DNA of 40,043 nucleotides. Source: a virus (taxonomy: Duplodnaviria; Caudoviricetes). Under the pieces are notes generated by a model. It saw only the letters and a list, made by a program, of their open reading frames with translations, did no database searches and was not told the DNA's origin. A program made the translations under genes and the position numbers. The DNA is taken from positions 1 to 40,043 of the IMG/VR virus record IMGVR_UViG_3300032233_002173. One strand, written 5' to 3'. Shown here in pieces: positions 19,375 through 27,252 of the stretch (the stretch's first letter is position 1; every line of letters begins with the position of its first letter).

Positions 19375-19587
19375 TTAGATTTTTACACCCACGCGATCTA
19401 GCATATCCTTATATTCGGCCGGCGATTCATCACCGTATTTGCCGTCTGGGTCACCACCATCATCATTCATTAATTCATCTAATATCATCTGTGCTTCAGC
19501 TTTAGATACCCATCCATCACCGTCTACATCAACTATGTTTCCTACATAGTACATGTCATTCATGTTCATTAATTCGTTTACGTTCAT
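19375..19587 (-). CDS. Small acidic protein with EF-hand-like DxDGDG motif
   Basis: 70 aa; DVDGDGWVSKAE fits the DxDxDGxxxxxE loop; has its own early promoter. Confidence 0.65.
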   Translation of the reverse strand: MNVNELMNMNDMYYVGNIVDVDGDGWVSKAEAQMILDELMNDDGGDPDGKYGDESPAEYKDMLDRVGVKI

Positions 19588-19619
19588 ATTTTATTATTTA
19601 ATTATTTAATTGTGTACAT

Positions 19620-19643
19620 TCAAGATACGATCCATATTCTGCC
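19620..19643 (-). promoter_or_regulatory. Early promoter motif GGC-N13-TATCTTGA
   Basis: One of about 20 fixed-spacing copies upstream of small genes. Confidence 0.75.
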
Positions 19644-19837
19644 TAGTCAAACATATATGACTGTTGTTCCCATTTACCGTTTACACGTGTTTCGATCACG
19701 TAGTCACCATCATACTGTCTATGCTCTGGTTGCGTTAACCATACCTTCATACCGTCATTCTCGATCTTTAATTCACTACCATCCCAAGCTTGTTCAATGG
19801 TATCTAACTGTTGCAATTTGCGTTTTGAATAATTCAT
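19643..19837 (-). CDS. Hypothetical early protein
   Basis: 64 aa; flanked by promoter motifs. Confidence 0.75.
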   Translation of the reverse strand: MNYSKRKLQQLDTIEQAWDGSELKIENDGMKVWLTQPEHRQYDGDYVIETRVNGKWEQQSYMFD

Positions 19838-19857
19838 ATTGTTTAATTTTTATACCG

Positions 19858-19881
19858 TGAATATATGAATGGGGCTATGCC
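19858..19881 (-). promoter_or_regulatory. Early promoter motif GGC-N13-TATATTCA with overlapping hairpin
   Basis: Motif match; tgggg-ctatg-cccca stem spans the spacer. Confidence 0.75.
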
Positions 19882-19890
19882 CCACCCCAT

Positions 19891-20157
19891 CTAGTTATTA
19901 TATTTAGCTAGGCAGGTAGGACATCCAATGTATTCTACACCTTCCATTCTCACCCAATTACTACTTAAGGCCGGTTTACCACATAGGTTACCTTCACCTG
20001 ACTTGTAGATGTGTGCAGTGTCACCCCATACATCACCCTTACCTCCAAACGCTGAATATTCAGATGGTAAGTCATTCACTTTTAAACGGTTATTTACTGT
20101 AGCAGCTGCAATCGCGTCTGCTTGTCTATTTAATTCTCTGAATTGTTTAGTTAACAT
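19891..20157 (-). CDS. Small putative zinc-binding protein
   Basis: 88 aa; H..LCG...CPTC. Confidence 0.7.
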   Translation of the reverse strand: MLTKQFRELNRQADAIAAATVNNRLKVNDLPSEYSAFGGKGDVWGDTAHIYKSGEGNLCGKPALSSNWVRMEGVEYIGCPTCLAKYNN

Positions 20158-20179
20158 ACTATTAATTTTAATTGTGACG

Positions 20180-20203
20180 TCAATATACGAACCGAACTAT
20201 GCC
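20180..20203 (-). promoter_or_regulatory. Early promoter motif GGC-N13-TATATTGA
   Basis: Motif match; spacer nearly identical to the copy at 27185. Confidence 0.75.
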
Positions 20204-20484
20204 GTAGCACGTTTCGGTTGGTATTGAGTGTTCCACCATTCAATTCGGGGACCCATATATGCATTGATCGCTTGAACGTCCAGTTTGGTCTGGTCGCTCG
20301 CCCAGTTCAAACACACCGCATCTTGATAGCTACGGTTCCACTCGATCGAATCATCAATTGATGAACCGTGTCTCTGGAATGTAAGTGAACCGTGGAACCC
20401 ATCATCATCGATACTGTATCCTAGGTTAGTAACGAACGCACATACATCCTTTGTGATGGCGTTTTTAATTTCTTTTTTGTTCAT
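20197..20484 (-). CDS. Hypothetical early protein
   Basis: Start revised to ATG at 20484 (MNKKEIK) because the promoter motif lies at 20503-20526. Confidence 0.7.
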   Translation of the reverse strand: MNKKEIKNAITKDVCAFVTNLGYSIDDDGFHGSLTFQRHGSSIDDSIEWNRSYQDAVCLNWASDQTKLDVQAINAYMGPRIEWWNTQYQPKRATA

Positions 20485-20502
20485 ATTATTAATTTTATAC
20501 CG

Positions 20503-20526
20503 TGAAGATATGACCGTAACCCCGCC
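20503..20526 (-). promoter_or_regulatory. Early promoter motif GGC-N13-TATCTTCA
   Basis: Motif match. Confidence 0.75.
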
Positions 20527-20535
20527 CCACCCCAT

Positions 20536-20733
20536 TTATTTGGTTTTACCATCCATCAATTTAATTACTATAAACGGTGTAAATAATATAAACGCGGCTA
20601 ACGTCCATCCAACCCATTGGGATCCTGAGCTCACTGATTCATTCATCTGGTCATTTATCTGAGGTTCACCCATCATTATTATTAATAATAACATCCAAGT
20701 GAATAGTAATACTAGTGCAATTATTTGTTTCAT
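20536..20733 (-). CDS. Small two-TM membrane protein
   Basis: 65 aa; two hydrophobic helices. Confidence 0.75.
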   Translation of the reverse strand: MKQIIALVLLFTWMLLLIIMMGEPQINDQMNESVSSGSQWVGWTLAAFILFTPFIVIKLMDGKTK

Positions 20734-20751
20734 GTGTTTTTATTTATACCG

Positions 20752-20775
20752 TCAATGTACGACCCGAACCGTGCC
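20752..20775 (-). promoter_or_regulatory. Early promoter motif GGC-N13-TACATTGA
   Basis: Motif match. Confidence 0.75.
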
Positions 20776-20790
20776 ATCCAATCAGCAATT

Positions 20791-20812
20791 GAGCCGGGTA
20801 GAAACCCAGCTC
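20791..20812 (-). terminator. Intergenic hairpin (terminator or RNA processing site)
   Basis: GAGCTGGGT-TTCT-ACCCGGCTC on the minus strand; no strong U tract. Confidence 0.5.
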
Positions 20813-20846
20813 GTTCGCCATTAAAAATTAAAAGTATGAACCGATT

Positions 20847-21236
20847 TTAAGCCACGGCGGCTAATATGTTTACTGGTACTAGATCCCCATTGTAATTTAG
20901 TCTGGAGCATTCCCATTCAAATTCGTCGTTATAAGTGTACACGTAATCCACTCCGTAATCACTCCCCACACCAGCCAATCCGCTAGTGTTTATGTCCCTG
21001 GGTTCAACCATCCCCCACGGTTCGTTTCGATCGCGGTGAAACGCTGTGCATCCAGCTGGTGTTGTATCCAGCGAGCTCAGGTCCCCCAATTCCATCAGAT
21101 CAAATACCGCAGACGGTGAGTTGTAATAATTCATCAGCAGCTGGCCGTTGTGCTCTGGGTAACCATCCCAGTGACAGTAGATAATCTTAGTGATCCCATT
21201 ATTTAAATTCATCCCAATCAATGATCTTGTAGCCAT
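20847..21236 (-). CDS. Conserved phage hypothetical protein (YCHWDGYP family)
   Basis: MATRSLIG...IYCHWDGYP...GDLSSL...DYVY motif set. Confidence 0.8.
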   Translation of the reverse strand: MATRSLIGMNLNNGITKIIYCHWDGYPEHNGQLLMNYYNSPSAVFDLMELGDLSSLDTTPAGCTAFHRDRNEPWGMVEPRDINTSGLAGVGSDYGVDYVYTYNDEFEWECSRLNYNGDLVPVNILAAVA

Positions 21237-21292
21237 AATTTTAATTTTAATAGTGTAAAGGTAAGTAAAGTATTTATAATAACCAAATTCGT

Positions 21293-21508
21293 CTATAAGA
21301 AAACATGCTGATTCACCTTGTGTAGGCTACTCACTCTCAACTCACGGTACCAGCTGAATTCGTCTGGTTGCGTCTCTGGGGTCACCGTACGCTTAGGGGC
21401 TTCAATGCCGTACTCTAGATTGATCGATTCACCTTCTACTCGTACACCAAATAATAGTGTTAATAAAAAGTTGATAATAATGTCTTTGTAATAATGTAGT
21501 TTACTCAT
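21293..21508 (-). CDS. Hypothetical early protein
   Basis: 71 aa; has its own promoter motif. Confidence 0.7.
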   Translation of the reverse strand: MSKLHYYKDIIINFLLTLLFGVRVEGESINLEYGIEAPKRTVTPETQPDEFSWYRELRVSSLHKVNQHVFL

Positions 21509-21529
21509 AATTTAATATTTTAATTAACG

Positions 21530-21553
21530 TGAAGATAAAATAATACCCCCGCC
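21530..21553 (-). promoter_or_regulatory. Early promoter motif GGC-N13-TATCTTCA
   Basis: Motif match; overlaps a hairpin. Confidence 0.75.
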
Positions 21554-21576
21554 TCACCAAAAGCGGGGGTTTATTA
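21541..21576 (-). terminator. Hairpin terminator overlapping the next promoter
   Basis: acccccgc-ctcaccaaaa-gcgggggt stem, followed on the minus strand by ATTATTTT. Confidence 0.65.
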
Positions 21577-21864
21577 TTATGCTTCTACCGTTTCAACTAC
21601 CGCCTTCACCTTAACAGTTTTAGGGGCTTTAGGCGCCTTTGGGGCTACACTAGCTGGTCTACCACGCTTGATCGTTTCACCAGACGCGATCTTAGCTGCG
21701 CGTACGGCTAGCTTAGCTTGACGTGCGGATCCCTCACTCGCTGGACGACCTCTACCGATTGAACCACCAGCTGCAACGCGTGCTGCTCTAGCTGCTAAAC
21801 GTGCTTGACGTGCTGATGTACCTACTGTTGGACGACCTCTTTTTGTTGTTTTTACTGTTGACAT
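21577..21864 (-). CDS. Basic protein with three AT-hook-like RGRP motifs
   Basis: 95 aa; KRGRP, GRGRP, KRGRP separated by SARQA(R/K)LA repeats; histone-H1-like PKAPKAPK tail. Confidence 0.8.
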   Translation of the reverse strand: MSTVKTTKRGRPTVGTSARQARLAARAARVAAGGSIGRGRPASEGSARQAKLAVRAAKIASGETIKRGRPASVAPKAPKAPKTVKVKAVVETVEA

Positions 21865-21902
21865 AACCTTGATTTTTTTTTTTATTTTATAATTTATTAT
21901 AC

Positions 21903-21926
21903 TAAATATCTAGACAAAACATTGCC
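21903..21926 (-). promoter_or_regulatory. Early promoter motif variant GGC-N13-GATATTTA
   Basis: Motif match with T>G at the first position. Confidence 0.65.
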
Positions 21927-21934
21927 CAAACAAT

Positions 21935-22138
21935 TTATTTGATTAACGCTTTAGCCATTGAGTCTGATCCAAATCTAACCCCAGCATGGAACATGTATAA
22001 AACATCTAGCTGGCTATTTAACTCAAAATTGATCATGTCTTGATCTTCATTATACTCACTTATAGTAACTCTATCTTCACCTAACTCTTTAACAATATAA
22101 GGAACTCTATCCTTACTAATAAACAATTCTACTTTCAT
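21935..22138 (-). CDS. Hypothetical early protein
   Basis: 67 aa; has its own promoter motif. Confidence 0.75.
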   Translation of the reverse strand: MKVELFISKDRVPYIVKELGEDRVTISEYNEDQDMINFELNSQLDVLYMFHAGVRFGSDSMAKALIK

Positions 22139-22161
22139 AACTTATTATTTTAATTTATACT

Positions 22162-22185
22162 TAAAGGTCGGAACAAAACCCTGCC
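22162..22185 (-). promoter_or_regulatory. Early promoter motif variant GGC-N13-GACCTTTA
   Basis: Motif match with T>G at the first position. Confidence 0.65.
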
Positions 22186-22397
22186 TAATCAAATGTTACT
22201 GGATCAGGTATCCAACAAAAACTACTAGCAAATTCTTTAGCGGTAAAATAAATTTCCACACCAGCAATCCACCCAAAAAGTCCTGTAACAACAATTTCAT
22301 TTTCATCTACTGAATACAACTCTACAATATCGTTTTGCATACAAACAACAAAATTATCTGCTGCAATACCTTTAATACACTTAAATTTCTTACTCAT
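22185..22397 (-). CDS. Hypothetical early protein
   Basis: 70 aa; has its own promoter motif. Confidence 0.7.
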   Translation of the reverse strand: MSKKFKCIKGIAADNFVVCMQNDIVELYSVDENEIVVTGLFGWIAGVEIYFTAKEFASSFCWIPDPVTFD

Positions 22398-22419
22398 ATG
22401 TTTTAATTTTTATTATACA

Positions 22420-22443
22420 TAAATCTACACAAAAAACCTCGCC
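22420..22443 (-). promoter_or_regulatory. Early promoter motif GGC-N13-TAGATTTA
   Basis: Motif match. Confidence 0.75.
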
Positions 22444-22453
22444 ATAACAAAAA

Positions 22454-23098
22454 CTAACGTGATGATTTAGGTCTACCTCTACGTCCGCCTGATTTAGCTC
22501 GTGTAGCTGCCTTCGCGGTGGCTTTAGCTTGTACCTGGGCTGTGGACAAAGCTGGTCGCCCACGCTTACCACTAGTGGTCTTTACCGTCTGGGGCTTCGT
22601 GATCCCAGAAGCTGGACGCCCCCTCTTACCACCTGATCTCTGTGATCGCAAAACCTTCTCCGCTTCGCGGGCTGCTTTAACCGCTGGATCAATTGCTGGT
22701 CTACCCCTACGCGCACCCTCCACCTTCACCTTTACCTTATCGCCGCGTAAAACAGCACGTTCAGCAGCTGCCGCTTCACGCTCCTCACGGCGCGTCATCA
22801 AATCTAATGTTGGTTGGTGTTTACATGATGCTGGATGTACAATAACTTGATCCAGATCATAGTGACGAGTACCACCACCACTATCACGTACCTCAAAACC
22901 ACCGTTTGGATAAAACTTTGTACCGGGCTCGTGTCGAGCTATTAGTGTAAATGAATCCCCCGACTCGTAAAAAAACGGTGCTGGGAGTACACGTTGTCCA
23001 GGACGGTAACGCATCAATTCAGGTTCAATATCTTCGTATACGTTGTATGTGCCGAGTTTCGCTCCGCCTACAACAAAATCTTTTTCTATTACTCTCAT
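22454..23098 (-). CDS. Protein with globular N-domain and four AT-hook-like RGRP motifs
   Basis: 214 aa; RRGRP, KRGRP, KRGRP, RRGRP in a basic C-terminal half. Confidence 0.8.
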   Translation of the reverse strand: MRVIEKDFVVGGAKLGTYNVYEDIEPELMRYRPGQRVLPAPFFYESGDSFTLIARHEPGTKFYPNGGFEVRDSGGGTRHYDLDQVIVHPASCKHQPTLDLMTRREEREAAAAERAVLRGDKVKVKVEGARRGRPAIDPAVKAAREAEKVLRSQRSGGKRGRPASGITKPQTVKTTSGKRGRPALSTAQVQAKATAKAATRAKSGGRRGRPKSSR

Positions 23099-23117
23099 AT
23101 TTTTAATTATTATGACG

Positions 23118-23141
23118 TGAATCTACGAACAAAACTCTGCC
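23118..23141 (-). promoter_or_regulatory. Early promoter motif GGC-N13-TAGATTCA
   Basis: Motif match. Confidence 0.75.
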
Positions 23142-23144
23142 ACA

Positions 23145-23576
23145 ACAAAACGTTGTAAACAAAAAAAAAAAAACAAAAAGAATTTGGTGTTAAGGTACGA
23201 AAAAATCTTGACTAAACCAAAAAAATTTGTGCGCCAAAAAATCGTCACAAAAAAATTTGGTAGTTCATAAACAAAAAACTACTACACTCAGTAGTACTAA
23301 AGTGTGTAGGTGTTACTAAGTGGTGTAGTAAAAAAGGTGTCGATAAAAAAAGTGTGGATTGGCACAATGAAAGTGGGATGGGTCGCAACACCACAACCAC
23401 CATACAACAACAACAGGTCACATACTATCGCACTAACAATCGTAGTAACAAAAAACTAATACCCGTAGTTACTACACGTTGTAGACGTTGTGTATATGTT
23501 GTGATAAAAAAAAACAATGTCGTTTGAACAAAAAACGCGCGTTACTTGCGCATTTAACGGCGAAAAAAACGCGTTG
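23145..23576. other. Non-coding A-tract/palindrome-rich segment (candidate genome end, pac or origin)
   Basis: Largest gene-free gap in the window; many A5-A13 runs, repeated caaaaaaatttg, actacac/gtgtagt inverted words. Confidence 0.5.
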
Positions 23577-23792
23577 TTATTTGACTACATCACTGTAGGG
23601 TACCCATTTTCCATTAGGCATATTCAACATACACTCGCCGTCTATATTAGCTACGGCTCCAAAGCCATATCCCTCACATATCCAGCTCTCATACGTGTTA
23701 TGTTTCAATTTACTAAACACCTCTAATATATCAAAATCATACGACATATTAGGGTCGTTTGCGTTGCACCATTGTTTACTAAAGTCTGCCAC
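23577..23792 (-). CDS. Hypothetical protein
   Basis: 71 aa; GTG start; ADFSKQWC...ICEGYG. Confidence 0.7.
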   Translation of the reverse strand: MADFSKQWCNANDPNMSYDFDILEVFSKLKHNTYESWICEGYGFGAVANIDGECMLNMPNGKWVPYSDVVK

Positions 23793-23795
23793 TGT

Positions 23796-24098
23796 CTATC
23801 GTTTTTTATTATTATAATATTTTTCGTATAATTCTGCTTCTTTTTTAGCACAATCATTACATTGAACTCCTCTACCTATTGTGTTTAATAATTGATCGTA
23901 TGTATTTAAACCTTCTAATTCCTTCTCCTCATCATCTGTTAGATCGGTTCGCTCTAAATTCTCCCACCAATTATCTCTACCCCACTTATCAATTAATGCT
24001 TCGGCTTCGGGAATTGGGATTGTCATTGAGATAAATCCATAATAACAATCCACTTTATCCTCACCGCAATGATGACATTTGTCTATTTTACTTTCCAT
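23796..24098 (-). CDS. Putative zinc-binding protein
   Basis: 100 aa; CHHC and CNDC pairs. Confidence 0.7.
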   Translation of the reverse strand: MESKIDKCHHCGEDKVDCYYGFISMTIPIPEAEALIDKWGRDNWWENLERTDLTDDEEKELEGLNTYDQLLNTIGRGVQCNDCAKKEAELYEKYYNNKKR

Positions 24099-24116
24099 AT
24101 ACTAAGATATAATATG

Positions 24117-24452
24117 TTATTTGTTTTTAGGTTTATAATACTTACGTTTATTCTTCTTTTCACCCACACGTTTGTTATCCTGAGTATTATTATTATCCTT
24201 TACCACACGCATTCCATAGTCATTAAACGTAGCAGCATCTTCGTCCGCTTCCTCGTTCGTTACATAATGCGATCCTTCGTTGCCGTTCTGTCCAATGATA
24301 TCCATTCGTTTGTTGGCTGCTTCTTCGTCGTCCATAAACGCTTCAAACGATGATTCGCCATACCCATCATCATCATACTCGTGTAACGCTTTGATTACTG
24401 CGTCTAGTTTCGCCTCGATTCGGTTTAATTTACCTAATATTATTTCGTCCAT
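24117..24452 (-). CDS. Hypothetical acidic protein with basic tail
   Basis: 111 aa; RMDIIGQNGNEGSHY. Confidence 0.7.
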   Translation of the reverse strand: MDEIILGKLNRIEAKLDAVIKALHEYDDDGYGESSFEAFMDDEEAANKRMDIIGQNGNEGSHYVTNEEADEDAATFNDYGMRVVKDNNNTQDNKRVGEKKNKRKYYKPKNK

Positions 24453-24596
24453 CTGTTTCGTTTTTATTTATTTCATCCATTTTGAAAGTCCATTTGTATC
24501 CATCCTTACCTGATACTGTTACTGTATTTATTTTAATCATTTTATTGATTAATTTTAGTACGGCGAGTAGTGGTATTTTATTCATCTATTTCGTTT

Positions 24597-24824
24597 TTAA
24601 TATTCTTGATATCCTGTTTTAAATGAGTAATTACGGTTGTGTATATCTACCCATACATTATTCTCATATAGATAGTTTACCACATCAATCACTGCCTTCG
24701 CCTCAATAACCGCCTCACTTAGTGGTCGTTCCATATTCGCTGCTAGTTTCTGTAGCGCCTCGTATTTTATTTTAGCTACCTTCTCACTATCAATTAGTAT
24801 GTATTCCTTATTTTCCATTATCAT
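24597..24824 (-). CDS. Hypothetical protein
   Basis: 75 aa ORF. Confidence 0.65.
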   Translation of the reverse strand: MIMENKEYILIDSEKVAKIKYEALQKLAANMERPLSEAVIEAKAVIDVVNYLYENNVWVDIHNRNYSFKTGYQEY

Positions 24825-24911
24825 TCATTGTTATTTTCATATATAAGGTACTTACCCTTATCTGTCTCTCCAAATCGGGTTGGCGTTGGTATTTTAAATT
24901 GTGGATCGCCG

Positions 24912-25175
24912 TTAGCTATTAGTGCTATCGTTTGCATCATGTATATTATCATACCCACTAATTTTATTTATTTCTTCTAATACCTGTTCCCAATGTCCTA
25001 TTGTTGAGTCTATATCTGTTTTATCCCATTCAACTGGGTTTGCTTTAATTATTTCCTCTACTATATATATTGCAATGGATTTGGCTATCAAGTGGTTCTT
25101 CTCATATGATAATTCATATGCCCATCTATCAAATGCTGTCTTGTAGTAGTGCTGTGCTTGCTCTTGTGGATTCAT
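24912..25175 (-). CDS. Hypothetical protein
   Basis: 87 aa; AKSIAIYIVEEII...WEQVLEEINKI. Confidence 0.7.
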   Translation of the reverse strand: MNPQEQAQHYYKTAFDRWAYELSYEKNHLIAKSIAIYIVEEIIKANPVEWDKTDIDSTIGHWEQVLEEINKISGYDNIHDANDSTNS

Positions 25176-25244
25176 ATCTAATCGTATATACGTATTTATG
25201 TATGTGGTGTGTGAGCCACAAAGTTAAAGCTGAATTTTAGGGTG

Positions 25245-25475
25245 CTATTTTATGTTCTTATCCTGTTTCCATTTGGCGTTCTTATTATTTTCATCTAGCG
25301 TCTCTTCTATTAAATTACGTAGTGTTTTGGACATATAGTATAATCCAAGTATTGCACCTATTATTAACATCATTCCAATTACATAAGCCGGAAATATGAA
25401 TATGAATATTAGTATTGCTATTAATATTCCCATTATAGTTAATGTAATTTTATTTGCTCGTTTTCTATTATTCAT
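25245..25475 (-). CDS. Small membrane protein
   Basis: 76 aa; two TM-like helices. Confidence 0.7.
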   Translation of the reverse strand: MNNRKRANKITLTIMGILIAILIFIFIFPAYVIGMMLIIGAILGLYYMSKTLRNLIEETLDENNKNAKWKQDKNIK

Positions 25476-25743
25476 TTGGTAGTGATTGTATTTGTTTTAG
25501 CAATTGCGTTACACCTTCTTCACTTAAATACCCTTCAACGTCGTCCGTTACAGGCGTATCATAGCATAATTTACCATCTTTACCTAATACACCTAATTCA
25601 TATAAGCCATCTTCACCACCATATGTGTATGGTCCTACTACTACACTCGCTCCGTATCCATTATCGAACATGATTCGAGCCGCGTTTAATCCTCGTTGAA
25701 TGTCTTGTTTAAATTCTAAGTCGTTAAATGTTTTCATTTTCAA
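25468..25743 (-). CDS. Conserved phage hypothetical protein (FDNGYGASV family)
   Basis: FDNGYGASVV...YGGEDGLYELGVL...DDVEGYL. Confidence 0.78.
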   Translation of the reverse strand: MKMKTFNDLEFKQDIQRGLNAARIMFDNGYGASVVVGPYTYGGEDGLYELGVLGKDGKLCYDTPVTDDVEGYLSEEGVTQLLKQIQSLPNE

Positions 25744-25945
25744 TTAATTTTATTTCGTATCTGTTAACGTATTTGATTAACTCATGGAATTTACTAATTG
25801 CACTTTGCTCGTCCACTGCCTCAATGATTATATCATCATGATCAATATCGCGGTAACTTGGTATCCACGCCTTGTAGAATATTTGATATTTCTTCATATT
25901 AGTAGTCTCCATCTTTAATGAATTTGGATTTGAACTGTATATCAT
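25724..25945 (-). CDS. Hypothetical protein
   Basis: 73 aa; true start may be the later MKKYQ. Confidence 0.55.
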   Translation of the reverse strand: MIYSSNPNSLKMETTNMKKYQIFYKAWIPSYRDIDHDDIIIEAVDEQSAISKFHELIKYVNRYEIKLIENENI

Positions 25946-26093
25946 GGTTTAATTGGTCTTCCGCTAATATACGTTCTTTATTTTGCTCCCACCACTGTTC
26001 AAATTTTCTACGTGGTTCATTTACTTGGATTTCCATTTGTTCCTTTTCCCATTGTATATCGTTTGGGTCCTTGTCGTTGTTGTAGATTGCCAT
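25899..26093 (-). CDS. Hypothetical protein
   Basis: 64 aa; A-rich leader. Confidence 0.65.
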   Translation of the reverse strand: MAIYNNDKDPNDIQWEKEQMEIQVNEPRRKFEQWWEQNKERILAEDQLNHDIQFKSKFIKDGDY

Positions 26094-26117
26094 ATCATTT
26101 AATTTTATAGTGTTAAT

Positions 26118-27002
26118 TTACGATTCTTGCTTTGCCTCTGCAGTATATCTATTATACTGTTCAAGCTCTCTAGCTTCATATTTTGCCTTACCATTTGTTT
26201 CCCACTCATATACATCTGCGATGAATGAGTCGAAGTAATCGCCTTTAACATCAATGTCTATCCATTGAGCGTCGCTTTGTTTTTTATATTGTATTGCTAC
26301 TTTATTGTATTTGGCAGGTCCAATTACTCTATAGGCATTTACATACACGTAATCCCACTTGCCACGTCCTGTTTCTAATCTGAATTCTTTTGGTAACTCT
26401 ACTAATTCATATTGCGACGTATCGTAGTTATATTTACAATGAGTATAAGGCAATATGGTATGTTCACGTCCTGCTACTTTACATTCTTCACGTTTAGCGA
26501 TATGAATGTCTCGTTTAACTCCGTTTATTTCATTTTCTAATTTACGTAGTTCATTACTCAGTTCATAGTGTGGCTTATGTATCGCTTTGTATGCTGGTTT
26601 CCATTCATTCTCTATGTTGTCAATGATTAAAGCGACATGTTGTGCTACTTTACCTAATGTAGTTAAGTAATACATGTTATTAGTATCTACTTTGTTATGG
26701 CTACTTCTGTAGTCAACATCGTAGTAATTATTCTCATCATCTCTATAACTGTAGTGTTTTCTAATATGGATCGCGCTAGGCCATCTACCATTATCTTCAT
26801 TCATTGGGACGATTTCTAATGTGTCGCCTGTATATTTGGCGCTGTGTGGACTTACACTTAATACACTACTGAACCAATCACTGATGGATTTATTTAATCC
26901 CTCTAATGCGGGACCATATACTGTTGTTTCGTATTCTGTAAATTCGTTCTGCTTAATTGCGAACTGTGATGCAAGTGCATCTAAGATAATTTGTTTACTC
27001 AT
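26118..27002 (-). CDS. Hypothetical early protein with central coiled coil
   Basis: 294 aa; has its own promoter motif. Confidence 0.8.
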   Translation of the reverse strand: MSKQIILDALASQFAIKQNEFTEYETTVYGPALEGLNKSISDWFSSVLSVSPHSAKYTGDTLEIVPMNEDNGRWPSAIHIRKHYSYRDDENNYYDVDYRSSHNKVDTNNMYYLTTLGKVAQHVALIIDNIENEWKPAYKAIHKPHYELSNELRKLENEINGVKRDIHIAKREECKVAGREHTILPYTHCKYNYDTSQYELVELPKEFRLETGRGKWDYVYVNAYRVIGPAKYNKVAIQYKKQSDAQWIDIDVKGDYFDSFIADVYEWETNGKAKYEARELEQYNRYTAEAKQES

Positions 27003-27028
27003 AACCTTTATTTTAATTTTAATATACT

Positions 27029-27052
27029 TAAATCTACGCTTTTAATCTTGCC
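27029..27052 (-). promoter_or_regulatory. Early promoter motif GGC-N13-TAGATTTA
   Basis: Motif match. Confidence 0.75.
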
Positions 27053-27165
27053 CACTCACGTTTGGCTTGCTTCTTTTTATCAATTACTACTCGTTGTTTG
27101 AAGCGGCCATCAAATACACCTGCTGCTTTCTGTTCGTCGCGTTTAATTTTGTGTTCGTATCTCAT
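27034..27165 (-). CDS. Small basic protein (43 aa, not in ORF track)
   Basis: MRYEHKIKRDEQKAAGVFDGRFKQRVVIDKKKQAKREWARLKA; has its own promoter. Confidence 0.7.
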   Translation of the reverse strand: MRYEHKIKRDEQKAAGVFDGRFKQRVVIDKKKQAKREWARLKA

Positions 27166-27184
27166 ATCATTTAATTTTATACCG

Positions 27185-27208
27185 TAAATGTACGAACGGA
27201 ACTATGCC
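27185..27208 (-). promoter_or_regulatory. Early promoter motif GGC-N13-TACATTTA
   Basis: Motif match. Confidence 0.75.
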
Positions 27209-27215
27209 AAGCACC

Positions 27216-27241
27216 AAGGAAGCGCCTAAATGGCGCTCCTT
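27216..27241 (-). terminator. Intergenic hairpin, probable terminator
   Basis: aagg(a)agcgcc-taaat-ggcgctcctt just after the stop of the 279-aa gene. Confidence 0.6.
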
Positions 27242-27252
27242 AGTTATTTGGA

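Noticed and set aside
22390-22572. 60-aa minus-strand ORF
   Set aside because: Overlaps the AT-hook gene in another frame and spans a promoter motif
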